Positions 19,521-28,705 of a stretch of 64,000 nucleotides of DNA are shown here, one piece after another. Both the position numbers and the translations under genes were made by a program. The stretch's first letter is position 1; each line of letters opens with the position of its first letter. This stretch comes from a virus. The notes beneath the pieces were generated by a model. It did not search any database, was not told where the DNA came from, and saw nothing but the letters and a program-made list of their open reading frames with translations. The DNA lies in IMG/VR virus record IMGVR_UViG_3300044716_000883, positions 64,001 through 128,000 of that record; one strand, 5' to 3'.

Positions 19521-20299
19521 TTGACAAAAATTCAAACATTATAAAAGATCCTAAAATCAAGCGTATTGTAGAATACAAAGAAGGGGATAAACAAGTAAAT
19601 GTTTTAGATTCTAGATTTTACAGACGTAAAGAAGAATATTACCCATCAGTAACATCTGTTTTAAATTATTTTCCTAAAAATCAATTCTTCCATTCTTGGT
19701 TGAAAGATGTAGGACATAACAGTGATATTATTGCTGCTAAAGCAGCTGGTGAAGGTACTCAAGTACATAATGCTGTAGATGCTTTCTTAAACGGACAAGA
19801 AATTACTTGGATTGATGAACACGGAAATGCTAAGTACAATTTAGATGTTTGGAGAATGATTTTACGTTTTGCTGATTTCTGGAATACACATAAACCAGAA
19901 TTAATTGCAACTGAATATCATTTATTCTCAGACGAACACAAATATGCTGGTACAGCGGATTTAGTTGTTAGATTATTTGATAACATTTGGTTATTAGATC
20001 TTAAGACATCAAATTCACTTCATACGAGCTATGATTTGCAATTAGCTGCTTATGCTCAAGCATGGAATGAAACACATGATGAGAAAGTAACTCACACAGG
20101 TATCTTATGGGTTAAAGCAAATACTCGTGGAGAAGGAAAGAATGGAAAGATACAGGGTAAAGGATGGGAATTAAAGTTCGTAAATGAAATTGATAAGAAC
20201 TTTGACATGTTTAAGAAAATATATGACATATACAAGTTAGAAAACCCTGATTTCAAGCCTATGACTGAATTATTACCCACATCAGTCAAAATTTCTTAA
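19517..20299 (+). CDS. PD-(D/E)XK exonuclease (Cas4/lambda-exonuclease-like)
   Basis: YPSVTSVL, GTQVH, EYHL, YAGTADLV, LLDLKTS, QLAAYA. Confidence 0.85.
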   Translation: MIDKNSNIIKDPKIKRIVEYKEGDKQVNVLDSRFYRRKEEYYPSVTSVLNYFPKNQFFHSWLKDVGHNSDIIAAKAAGEGTQVHNAVDAFLNGQEITWIDEHGNAKYNLDVWRMILRFADFWNTHKPELIATEYHLFSDEHKYAGTADLVVRLFDNIWLLDLKTSNSLHTSYDLQLAAYAQAWNETHDEKVTHTGILWVKANTRGEGKNGKIQGKGWELKFVNEIDKNFDMFKKIYDIYKLENPDFKPMTELLPTSVKIS

Positions 20300-20370
20300 T
20301 ATATTTATGCTTGAAAACCAAAAGTTTTTATATTGTTACACAAATATTACAAGATTGTAAATAACGATTT

Positions 20371-20402
20371 GAGCGGGGATATTGTCTCCGCTCTTTTTTT
20401 TT
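20371..20402 (+). terminator. Intrinsic-terminator-like hairpin 18 nt upstream of the TonB receptor start
   Basis: GAGCGGGGA-TATTG-TCTCCGCTC followed by T9. Confidence 0.75.
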
Positions 20403-20420
20403 AACCAAAACAAAACACAA

Positions 20421-23400
20421 ATGAAAAAAGCGATTTTATCGTTACTTCTTTCTGCACTATTTTTAGTGGGATTTGGTCAGGTTACCACATCCTCTATCTC
20501 TGGTGTTGTTAAGAATGAAAAGCAAGAAGTACTAGCAGGTACCGTTGTAGAAGCAATTCACGTTCCTACAGGTACAAAGTACAAGACCGTTGCAAACAAG
20601 AATGGTGTTTATGTGTTACCTGCTGTTAGAGTAGGTGGTCCATATGTAATCCATGCTTCGTTTGTAGGATTTAAAAAGAGTGAAGAAACAGATGTAAACG
20701 CTCAATTGGGTGTTACTACAAACGTTGACTTTGCTTTAGTGGATGAGAAATCAACTCTTAAAGAAGTAGTTGTGACTGGAACAAAATCTGTTTTATTTTC
20801 TAAAGAAAAAACAGGTGCTGCTCAACAATTTGGAAGAAGAGAATTAACTACTATTCCAATTACAGGTGCTAGAACAATTGATGGTATTACCAAGTACAAC
20901 CCATTTGGTAATGGTAACTCATTTGGCGCACAAGACTCTCGTTTGAACAACTTCACAATCGATGGTTCTCAATTTAACAACAACTTCGGTTTAGGTTCTT
21001 CAGCAGCAGCAGGTGGCCGTACAGGCGCTTCAGCAATTTCACTTGACGCGATTGATCAATTACAAGTTAACGTAGCACCATTTGACATTCGTCAATCTGG
21101 ATTTACAGGTGCTGGTATTAACGCTGTAACAAGATCAGGTACAAATGAAATTGAAGGATCCGTTTATCAAACACAACGTGATAATTCATCTCGTTATGTA
21201 GGTGATAACGCTAGAGGAACAAAAGTAACTGCATCTAAATTTGATGAAAAAGTACAAGGTTTTAGATTAGGTTTACCTGTTATTAAAAACAAATTATTTT
21301 TGTTTGGTAACTATGAAGGTATTACAAGAACTGAACCTGGTACAACTTGGATTTCAGCAGGATCACCACTTACAGGTACTCAAGTATCTCGTGTGAAATA
21401 TTCTGACATGGATGCTTTATCTAAATTCATGAAAGAAAAATTTGATTATACAACTGGTCCTTGGGAAGGTTACTCAAATCAGAATTCATCAAATAAATTT
21501 TTGATTCGTGCTGACTGGAATATTAACGACAAAAATAAATTAACTGCTCGTTATGTTCACCATAATTCATCTGCTGAAATTAACGTTTCAAACTCTCAAT
21601 CAGCAGGTGCTGGTAATAGAACAACTCAATTCAATGCTATGAGTTTCCAAAATAGTGGTTACATTATTATGGATAACACTCGTTCAGCAGTATTAGAATT
21701 GAACTCTAAAATCTCTAACACTTTACACAATAGTTTAATCGTTTCTTACGATAAGCAAATTGAAGATAGAGCTTATATGAGTAACATATTCCCAACTATT
21801 GATATCAGAGACGGTTCAGCAACTTACACTTCTGTAGGTTTCGATCCATTTACTCCAGATAACAAATTAGATTATTGGACACTTAATGTTACTAACAACT
21901 TAACTAAGTATTTAGGTAAACATACAGTAGTTGGTGGTTTTAACTTCCAACAATACCAATCTAATAACTTATTCTTCCCAGCATCTAATGGTGTTTATAT
22001 CTTCAATAGTTTGAATGACTTCTACACTGCCGCTAACCAATCATTAGCTAATGGTGGTCGTCCATCAACATTTGCTCCTGCTCGTTTCCAATTTAGATAC
22101 TCAGCATTACCTAGTGGAGCTGCACCAATGCAAACTTTAGAATCTTATAGAACCGATTTATATTTACAAGATGAATATAACGTAAATAAGAATTTAAAGT
22201 TAACTGCTGGTATTAGAGCAAATATTATTTCAATTAACAACACAGCATTAGAAAATAAAGCAGTAACTGCTATGACTTTTGCTAATGGTGAAAAATGGAA
22301 TACAGGTGTAATGCCTGAAACACAGTTATTATTCGAACCTCGTTTCGGATTTAACTGGGATGTAAAAGGTGAAAAGAAAACACAAGTTAGAGGTGGTACT
22401 GGTATTTTTACTGGTCGTCCTCCTTATGTATTCTTATCTAACCAAATTGGTAATACAGGTGTATTATCAGGATTTATTGATGTATCAGGTGCAGCAGCTG
22501 CTAATTATGGCTTTACTGCTAACCCAAATCAATACTTTATTCCTTCAACACCAACTTTACCATCTACATTTGATTTAGCTTTAACAGATGCTAATTATAA
22601 GTTTCCTCAAGTTTGGAAAAATAACTTAGCTGTTGATCAAAAATTACCTTGGTTAGGTTTAATTGCTAGTGTTGAATTATTATACAATAGAACTTTAAAT
22701 GCAGTTCATTATTACAACGCTAACTTAGATGCTCCTGTTGGTAAATTAGGTGGTGTTGATCAAAGACCACTTTATGCAGGTAATGATAACGGTGTTCGTG
22801 TAAACGATAACGTTTCAATGGCTGCAGTATTAACTAATAGAAATGGTGCCTTTAACAAATCAGCAACATTTAAATTAGAAAAACCAGCATCTAAAGGTAT
22901 TTGGGGTTATGTAGCTTATACAGCTGCAGACGCACAAGACTTTATGGACGCAGGTTCAATTGCTAGTGGTTCTTGGCAATCAGCATTATCAGTTAATGGT
23001 AATAATGATTTAGGTTTAACAACTTCATCATTTGTAGTTAGAAATCGTATCGTAGGTTTATTAGGATACCGTTTAGACTATGGTAAGAAATATGGTGGTG
23101 CTACTACATTCACATTAGGATATGTAGGTTCACAAAACAATCCATTCTCTTATATCGTAGCAGGTGACTTAAATGGTGACAGAGTAAATAATAATGATTT
23201 AGTATTTGTACCAAATAAAGCATCAGACATTCGTTTTGCATCTTTAACAGTAGGTACAACAGTTTATACTGAAGCTCAACAACAAGAAGCTTTTGATAAA
23301 TTCATTGATCAAGATCCTTACTTATCAACTCGCAGAGGTCAATATGCTGAAAGAAATGCAATTGCATTACCTTTCCTACATAGATTTGACTTATCAGTTG

Positions 23401-23693
23401 CTCAAGATTTCTTTGTAAAGATTAAAGGTAAGCGCAATGCTTTCCAAATTAGAGCTGATATCTTGAACTTTGGTAATATGTTAAATAATAATTGGGGTGT
23501 ATCTCAACGTGCAGGTGCTCCACAATTGTTGAACTTTGTAAGCCGCGACGCTGCAGGTGTTCCAACATACAGATTATCAACACAGAGAGATGCTACAAGT
23601 ACTTTCTTAGCAAGAGACACATATCAATTCAACTCATCAGTATTTGATGTATGGACTGCTCAATTAGGTATTCGTTACACTTTCGGTAAGTAA
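20421..23693 (+). CDS. TonB-dependent outer-membrane receptor, Oar-like, with N-terminal carboxypeptidase-regulatory-like domain
   Basis: Signal peptide MKKAILSLLLSALFLVGFG/Q; LKEVVVTG; plug motifs NNFTIDG..NN.FG, ISLDAIDQLQV.. PFDIRQSGFTGAGINAVTRSGTN; beta-barrel ending QLGIRYTFGK. Confidence 0.9.
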   Translation: MKKAILSLLLSALFLVGFGQVTTSSISGVVKNEKQEVLAGTVVEAIHVPTGTKYKTVANKNGVYVLPAVRVGGPYVIHASFVGFKKSEETDVNAQLGVTTNVDFALVDEKSTLKEVVVTGTKSVLFSKEKTGAAQQFGRRELTTIPITGARTIDGITKYNPFGNGNSFGAQDSRLNNFTIDGSQFNNNFGLGSSAAAGGRTGASAISLDAIDQLQVNVAPFDIRQSGFTGAGINAVTRSGTNEIEGSVYQTQRDNSSRYVGDNARGTKVTASKFDEKVQGFRLGLPVIKNKLFLFGNYEGITRTEPGTTWISAGSPLTGTQVSRVKYSDMDALSKFMKEKFDYTTGPWEGYSNQNSSNKFLIRADWNINDKNKLTARYVHHNSSAEINVSNSQSAGAGNRTTQFNAMSFQNSGYIIMDNTRSAVLELNSKISNTLHNSLIVSYDKQIEDRAYMSNIFPTIDIRDGSATYTSVGFDPFTPDNKLDYWTLNVTNNLTKYLGKHTVVGGFNFQQYQSNNLFFPASNGVYIFNSLNDFYTAANQSLANGGRPSTFAPARFQFRYSALPSGAAPMQTLESYRTDLYLQDEYNVNKNLKLTAGIRANIISINNTALENKAVTAMTFANGEKWNTGVMPETQLLFEPRFGFNWDVKGEKKTQVRGGTGIFTGRPPYVFLSNQIGNTGVLSGFIDVSGAAAANYGFTANPNQYFIPSTPTLPSTFDLALTDANYKFPQVWKNNLAVDQKLPWLGLIASVELLYNRTLNAVHYYNANLDAPVGKLGGVDQRPLYAGNDNGVRVNDNVSMAAVLTNRNGAFNKSATFKLEKPASKGIWGYVAYTAADAQDFMDAGSIASGSWQSALSVNGNNDLGLTTSSFVVRNRIVGLLGYRLDYGKKYGGATTFTLGYVGSQNNPFSYIVAGDLNGDRVNNNDLVFVPNKASDIRFASLTVGTTVYTEAQQQEAFDKFIDQDPYLSTRRGQYAERNAIALPFLHRFDLSVAQDFFVKIKGKRNAFQIRADILNFGNMLNNNWGVSQRAGAPQLLNFVSRDAAGVPTYRLSTQRDATSTFLARDTYQFNSSVFDVWTAQLGIRYTFGK

Positions 23694-23713
23694 CATTATA
23701 TTCCTGAATATTT

Positions 23714-23747
23714 ATAGGTGGCTTGGCTCGTCCAGGTCACCTATTTA
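23714..23747 (+). terminator. Hairpin after the TonB receptor gene, overlapped by ATATTTAT/TATTTAT motifs
   Basis: ATAGGTGGCTTGG-CTCGT-CCAGGTCACCTAT followed by TTT. Confidence 0.5.
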
Positions 23748-23756
23748 TATTCACGT

Positions 23757-24512
23757 ATGATCAAGTTATTAGATTTAATTAAGGAAATACAAGGTAAACC
23801 AAAAGCCATATTCCTAGCGGGTCCCGCTGGTTCTGGTAAAACGTTTACTTCTGCTCAAATAATACCGAAAAAACTAACGGTAGTTAATGTCGATGACACT
23901 TACGAAGAATTATTGAAAGCAGCAGGTTTAGGCACTAAAATCGCAGATTTCACGCAGGATCAATTGTCGCAAGCGGCTAAATTAATGGGTCAAGCTCAAA
24001 AGCAAACTAAGGAAAAATATGCACAATTAACTGGGGATAAACAAGACATTATTGTTGATGGTACAGGTGCAGCTAGTAAGCCTTTATTAAAGAAAAAACA
24101 AGAATTAGAAGCGTTAGGATACGATACAATGATGGTCATGATTTGGGTTTCACCTTACACATCATTAGAACGTAATGCTAGTCGCGATCGTGCATTGCAA
24201 CCATCTATTGTTTTAAGAACATGGGTTGGTGTAAATCAAAATATTGATACATACAGACAAGTATTTGGTGATAATTTTATTTTAATTAACAATGATCCAA
24301 ATGGTAAATTAGAATATGATCCTGCTTACGCTAAAGAGAAATTCTTTAAAACAGTTAAAGGTAGCGGTAAAGTTTATACACCAGATGAGAAAGCTAAACG
24401 TGATAAAGAAATAGCAGACTTAAATGCTAATCTACAACAACTAATACAATCAACACCAGAATTTACATCTATGGGTGATGCTAAATCTAAAATAAATAAT
24501 TTTATAAAGTAA
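23757..24512 (+). CDS. P-loop kinase (zeta-toxin/AAA_33-like) with MIKLLDLIKE leader
   Basis: Walker A AGPAGSGKT, VNVDD, IIVDGTG, LERNASRDR; the in-frame ATG at 23757 follows the motif. Confidence 0.7.
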   Translation: MIKLLDLIKEIQGKPKAIFLAGPAGSGKTFTSAQIIPKKLTVVNVDDTYEELLKAAGLGTKIADFTQDQLSQAAKLMGQAQKQTKEKYAQLTGDKQDIIVDGTGAASKPLLKKKQELEALGYDTMMVMIWVSPYTSLERNASRDRALQPSIVLRTWVGVNQNIDTYRQVFGDNFILINNDPNGKLEYDPAYAKEKFFKTVKGSGKVYTPDEKAKRDKEIADLNANLQQLIQSTPEFTSMGDAKSKINNFIK

Positions 24513-25450
24513 TGAATTTAGGACAATATCTAGTACAACAACTGTTAGAAGCAGAACAAACAACAATTGCTTTGTTTCCTGGTGCTTTTAAACCACCACA
24601 TAAAGGTCACTTTGCTGTAGTTAAAAAATTATTAGAAAATGCTGATCAAGTAACTGTACTAATATCACCTAAAACACGTGAAGGTATTACTGCAGATGAA
24701 AGTGTTGCTGTATGGGAATTATATAAAACATTATTAGATGGTTCTGTTGAAATAAGAGTTGCAGCAGAAAATCCAGTTAGAGAAACATACGACGTAATTA
24801 AAAACAATCCTGATACTAATTTTATAGTAGCATTCGGTAAAAACGATGCTGACAGATTTAAACAAATGGGTAAAAACCCAAATGCAAAAGTATTTGATGC
24901 TGGTAATTTTGATGGTGCAAACGCAACTGGATTAAGAGCAGCATTATTAGCTAATAATGAAGACGCAATTAAAGAATACCTCCCAGAAGGTATTGATATA
25001 GCTGATTTCTTAATGGCTTTAAGTAAAACTAAAAAAGAGGAACCGCCAGTAGAAGAACCTGAAGCTGCTCCTTTAAAAGAAAGTAAGTTAAACGAAAGCG
25101 AAACTGCAACCATTGAAGAATTTATAAAATATGCTATTAAAAACTTGGGAATTCAAAATCCCCCCCGTAACTTATCCTTATCATACGATACAAATAAAGC
25201 AAAGGAAATGAGGAGTTTTGGATATTTTAGCCCAAATGATAATAAAATATGGGTTTATTGCGGAAATAGAAACATGGCTGACATTTTGAGAACGCTAGCG
25301 CATGAACTAGTACACCGCAAGCAAGATGAGGATGGAAGAATAAGCTACGAAAGTGGCAAAACTGGAAGCGACATTGAAAATGAAGCAAACGCTAAAGCGG
25401 GAGTATTACTACGCGACTTTGGCAAACAACATGAGGAAATTTATCAATAG
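24512..25450 (+). CDS. HxGH nucleotidyltransferase (cytidylyltransferase-like) fused to a C-terminal HExxH zincin-like domain
   Basis: FPGAFKPPHKGH at the N-terminus; LRTLAHELVHRKQ and ENEANAKAG at the C-terminus. Confidence 0.75.
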   Translation: MNLGQYLVQQLLEAEQTTIALFPGAFKPPHKGHFAVVKKLLENADQVTVLISPKTREGITADESVAVWELYKTLLDGSVEIRVAAENPVRETYDVIKNNPDTNFIVAFGKNDADRFKQMGKNPNAKVFDAGNFDGANATGLRAALLANNEDAIKEYLPEGIDIADFLMALSKTKKEEPPVEEPEAAPLKESKLNESETATIEEFIKYAIKNLGIQNPPRNLSLSYDTNKAKEMRSFGYFSPNDNKIWVYCGNRNMADILRTLAHELVHRKQDEDGRISYESGKTGSDIENEANAKAGVLLRDFGKQHEEIYQ

Positions 25451-25452
25451 TT

Positions 25453-25920
25453 ATGTATACAATTTACTGTGACATGGACGGTGTCCTTGTCGATTTTGAA
25501 AAAGGTTATTATGACGCCACAGGCGCTCATACAAAACAATTTGCTAAAGGCGATAACAATTTTTGGGAGCCTATAGACGCTAAAGGTCCATCTTTTTGGG
25601 CTAATTTACCCTGGATGCCTGATGGGCAAGAATTATGGCGTTATATTAAAAAATATAAGCCAAATATTTTATCCTCTCCATCACGTAGTTCAACATCTAA
25701 AGTAGGTAAAGAAGCATGGTTAAAAATGCATCTACAAAACAGCTACAAAAAAGCATATTTCTACCCAAGAAATCAAAAACAATTATTCTCAGATGTAAAT
25801 AGAATATTGATTGATGATTTACCAAATACCATTGAAGAATGGAATGCTAAAGGAGGTACAGGTATATTACACACCTCAGCAGCCAATACAATAAAGGAAC
25901 TTAAAAAATTAGGGTTATAA
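25453..25920 (+). CDS. HAD-family 5'(3')-deoxyribonucleotidase-like phosphatase
   Basis: YCDMDGVLVDF, ILSSP, GKEAW, ILIDD..NTIEEWNAKGG. Confidence 0.85.
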   Translation: MYTIYCDMDGVLVDFEKGYYDATGAHTKQFAKGDNNFWEPIDAKGPSFWANLPWMPDGQELWRYIKKYKPNILSSPSRSSTSKVGKEAWLKMHLQNSYKKAYFYPRNQKQLFSDVNRILIDDLPNTIEEWNAKGGTGILHTSAANTIKELKKLGL

Positions 25921-26504
25921 TGGAAGAATCAAAACTACAACGGGAGTTTAATCAACGCGACGTTCAACGTATGCGTAATATCATTACTAAAGATTATAAC
26001 GCTAAAACCACTACTCAAATTGGTTATTCTAAATCTCAAACAGAACATAAAGAAGGTGATGTTTGGGAAGAAGGTGGTAAACAATGGACTTTAAAAAATG
26101 GTATTAAACAAACCATAACTCGTTTTGATGAATTAAAAAAAGTAATATCGTTACCATTAGCATGTCCTAAATGCAGTAAGGCTATGCAGTCAACTACGTT
26201 GAATAAAAAGATGTGGCCTATACATAAAATGTGTTTTGATTGCGTTGTTAAAATGGAAACTGACCTAAAACGTACAGGGAAATATGAAGAATATGCACGT
26301 AATATAGTTAATCGTGGCGCTACAACATACATTAAAGATTTAGAAGACGCTTTACTAGAATTAGCATTATACGAAGACAACGAAAGTTTTGTAACTGAAG
26401 CGGGAGATGTTGAAAAATGGACTGGTAAAGGTATAAATAAAGAGAAACTCACCCAAGATATACAGGAACACATACAAGAAATCAAGGATCAAATTAAAGA
26501 TTAA
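25920..26504 (+). CDS. Hypothetical protein with CxxC..CxxC zinc ribbon
   Basis: CPKC...CFDC. Confidence 0.6.
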   Translation: MEESKLQREFNQRDVQRMRNIITKDYNAKTTTQIGYSKSQTEHKEGDVWEEGGKQWTLKNGIKQTITRFDELKKVISLPLACPKCSKAMQSTTLNKKMWPIHKMCFDCVVKMETDLKRTGKYEEYARNIVNRGATTYIKDLEDALLELALYEDNESFVTEAGDVEKWTGKGINKEKLTQDIQEHIQEIKDQIKD

Positions 26505-26538
26505 TATTTATAGCCATAAACTACTATAAATTTCTTTA

Positions 26539-26817
26539 ATGGAGAATATATATTCCGTTGTTATTACAGCAATTACCGTATTAGGAGGCACAACAGCGTT
26601 TCGTTTTTATGAAAAACGCGCTATGCGTAAAGAACGTGATGATGAATTTATCCGTCATGACTGCAAAGACCGCATCACAAAATTAGAAGCATTATTAGAA
26701 AGATCATCTCGAGAAAAAGATGAGATGCGCCAACAGATTTTAGATTTAGTATCTGAGGTTGCTTCATTACGTACCGAAATTAAATACCTAACCGATAGAC
26801 GCACTGGAGGCATATGA
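26539..26817 (+). CDS. Single-TM plus coiled-coil protein (holin-like candidate)
   Basis: N-terminal hydrophobic helix IYSVVITAITVLGG followed by a heptad coiled coil; ATATTTAT upstream. Confidence 0.4.
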   Translation: MENIYSVVITAITVLGGTTAFRFYEKRAMRKERDDEFIRHDCKDRITKLEALLERSSREKDEMRQQILDLVSEVASLRTEIKYLTDRRTGGI

Positions 26818-27044
26818 TAAAGCTATCAGAACTTATCCTTAAAGAAGGACCAGCCGAATACCCATCAAATCACAAACCAGGAATGCGCGTAACTAAAGGC
26901 GGTTCAATGTGTGCTAATTGTGAATATCATGAAGATGAAGGTAATTTATGTAATAACAAATATTGGTTAAAATGGCACGATGGTGATGCAAATATTCCTT
27001 ACCCTGCTAATGAATATTGTTGCAACTGGTGGCATGAAGAATAA
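26814..27044 (+). CDS. Small Cys-rich protein with MIKLSELILKE leader
   Basis: CANC..C..YCCNWW. Confidence 0.55.
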   Translation: MIKLSELILKEGPAEYPSNHKPGMRVTKGGSMCANCEYHEDEGNLCNNKYWLKWHDGDANIPYPANEYCCNWWHEE

Positions 27045-27047
27045 ATT

Positions 27048-27698
27048 ATGATATACTACTCAGAATATGATTTAGTCTTTATTACTATTCTTAAGAATGG
27101 TACTAATGCCTTTGAAAAACTATTTACATATGTTATGGGTAAAGAGCCTGAACCATTATTTTTTACAAGGCAACCAACAATTCATATGACTGTTGTTAGA
27201 AATCCATATGAAAGATTATTAACACAGTTTTATCACGCAAATAGACAACAACTTTGGAAAGAATTTAAGTATACGGTACACCACCCTTTTTTTAGAAAGT
27301 GGGTTAAAGAAACCTATAGTAATGGTTATAATGGAGAGGATGGCCATTTATATACTCAATCCCAATTTTTACAATTTGCTGAAATTCAAATGGAATATAA
27401 AGTATTTAAAACAGAAGAATTTTCTGCACATGAATTATTCTTTTTTTTAAATTTAACAGAAGAACGTAAGGCTGAAATAGATAACGAATATTCAAAAATA
27501 ATAATTGAGTTAGAAACAAGCGCTCATCATGCTACTAATAGTATAAAACAAGGAGTCTGGCAGAGTTTTTATGATGCTGAAACTATTAAGATATGTAACA
27601 ATCATTATGCAGACGATTTTAAAGCATTTAACTACGAAATTATTAAACCTGAGGAATTTAAACCTATATATTTTGAATATAAAACTACCCTGATTTAG
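27048..27698 (+). CDS. Sulfotransferase family 2-like protein
   Basis: ITILKNGTNAF (PAPS loop-like), VVRNPYERL, HLYTQ, YADDFKAFNY. Confidence 0.7.
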   Translation: MIYYSEYDLVFITILKNGTNAFEKLFTYVMGKEPEPLFFTRQPTIHMTVVRNPYERLLTQFYHANRQQLWKEFKYTVHHPFFRKWVKETYSNGYNGEDGHLYTQSQFLQFAEIQMEYKVFKTEEFSAHELFFFLNLTEERKAEIDNEYSKIIIELETSAHHATNSIKQGVWQSFYDAETIKICNNHYADDFKAFNYEIIKPEEFKPIYFEYKTTLI

Positions 27699-27714
27699 TT
27701 AAATATTTATTATT

Positions 27715-28125
27715 ATGATCAAATTAACAGAAATATTAGACGAAATACTAACCGAAAAACTTTGCAAAAAGGGTAGGGCTTACTATAATCGTCGTAGAGC
27801 TGCTGGTGAAAAACCATCAGCTTACCTTTCTGGTCGTGCTGTTAAAGTGTGTAAGGGTTTAATGGAAGAAGATGATTTAGATATGCACGAATCGCTTCGT
27901 GATTGGTTTAAAAAAGAAGATTGGGTTCGTATTGATACAGCAGGCAACATAACTGGACCTTGTGGTACAATGAAAAAAGGTAATAAAACGACTCGTTGTT
28001 TACCTCGTGCTAAAGCAAACAGCTTATCTAAAGCTGAACGCGCTGCTACATCAAAGAAAAAAGCAGCATCTGATAAGCAATTTGTACCTAATACTAAAAA
28101 AGCAAAAGTAAAACTTAATAAGTAA
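27715..28125 (+). CDS. Basic Cys-containing protein with MIKLTEILDE leader (DUF5872-like)
   Basis: LRDWFKKEDWV..PCG..RCLPRAKA..LSKAER; DUF match is from memory. Confidence 0.5.
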   Translation: MIKLTEILDEILTEKLCKKGRAYYNRRRAAGEKPSAYLSGRAVKVCKGLMEEDDLDMHESLRDWFKKEDWVRIDTAGNITGPCGTMKKGNKTTRCLPRAKANSLSKAERAATSKKKAASDKQFVPNTKKAKVKLNK

Positions 28126-28129
28126 ACTA

Positions 28130-28666
28130 ATGAAAATATCAGAATTAAGACAATTAATTAAAGAAACCGTTGAAGAAGCATTCTTCATTGGTGAAGATGA
28201 TATCGATAATGTAGAGTGTAAAAAGTGTGGATGGAAATGGAAATTATCAAATGGTGGTGAAAATCCATATCTTTGCCACAAATGCGATTATGATAATAGT
28301 TATGCTTACAACGATAGTATAGACGAATACGACGTAGAAAATGCAGACGATATAAAAGAATTTGTTGAATTCATGCGTGAATATACACAGCAACTAAACG
28401 AAGCTGATTGTGACTGCCTATTAGAAGCTAAATATCAGGGCCGTACAGTGCCATTAGGTAAACCAATGCGCGGTGATTCTAAAAAATTCAAAGTATACGT
28501 TAAAAACCCTAAAACTGGCAAAGTAGTTAAAGTTAACTTCGGTGCTAAGGGAATGAATATTAAGAAAAACAACCCAGTAAGACGTAGAGCATTCAGGGCA
28601 AGACATAACTGCTCAAATCCAGGACCACGTACTAAAGCTAGATACTGGTCATGTAGAAAATGGTAG
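28130..28666 (+). CDS. Leader + zinc ribbon + basic RARHxC..ARYWSC domain (DUF5754-like)
   Basis: CKKC..CHKC; KKFKVYV..KVNFG..RRRAFRARHNC..KARYWSCRKW; DUF match is from memory. Confidence 0.55.
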   Translation: MKISELRQLIKETVEEAFFIGEDDIDNVECKKCGWKWKLSNGGENPYLCHKCDYDNSYAYNDSIDEYDVENADDIKEFVEFMREYTQQLNEADCDCLLEAKYQGRTVPLGKPMRGDSKKFKVYVKNPKTGKVVKVNFGAKGMNIKKNNPVRRRAFRARHNCSNPGPRTKARYWSCRKW

Positions 28667-28705
28667 TTCAAATTTTAACATATTTATACATATAAACACA
28701 ACAAA

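Noticed and set aside
19517-20299. Cas4-like nuclease suggesting a CRISPR system
   Set aside because: No repeat-spacer array or other cas genes were seen in the window. Stand-alone PD-(D/E)XK exonucleases next to primase are routine in phages.
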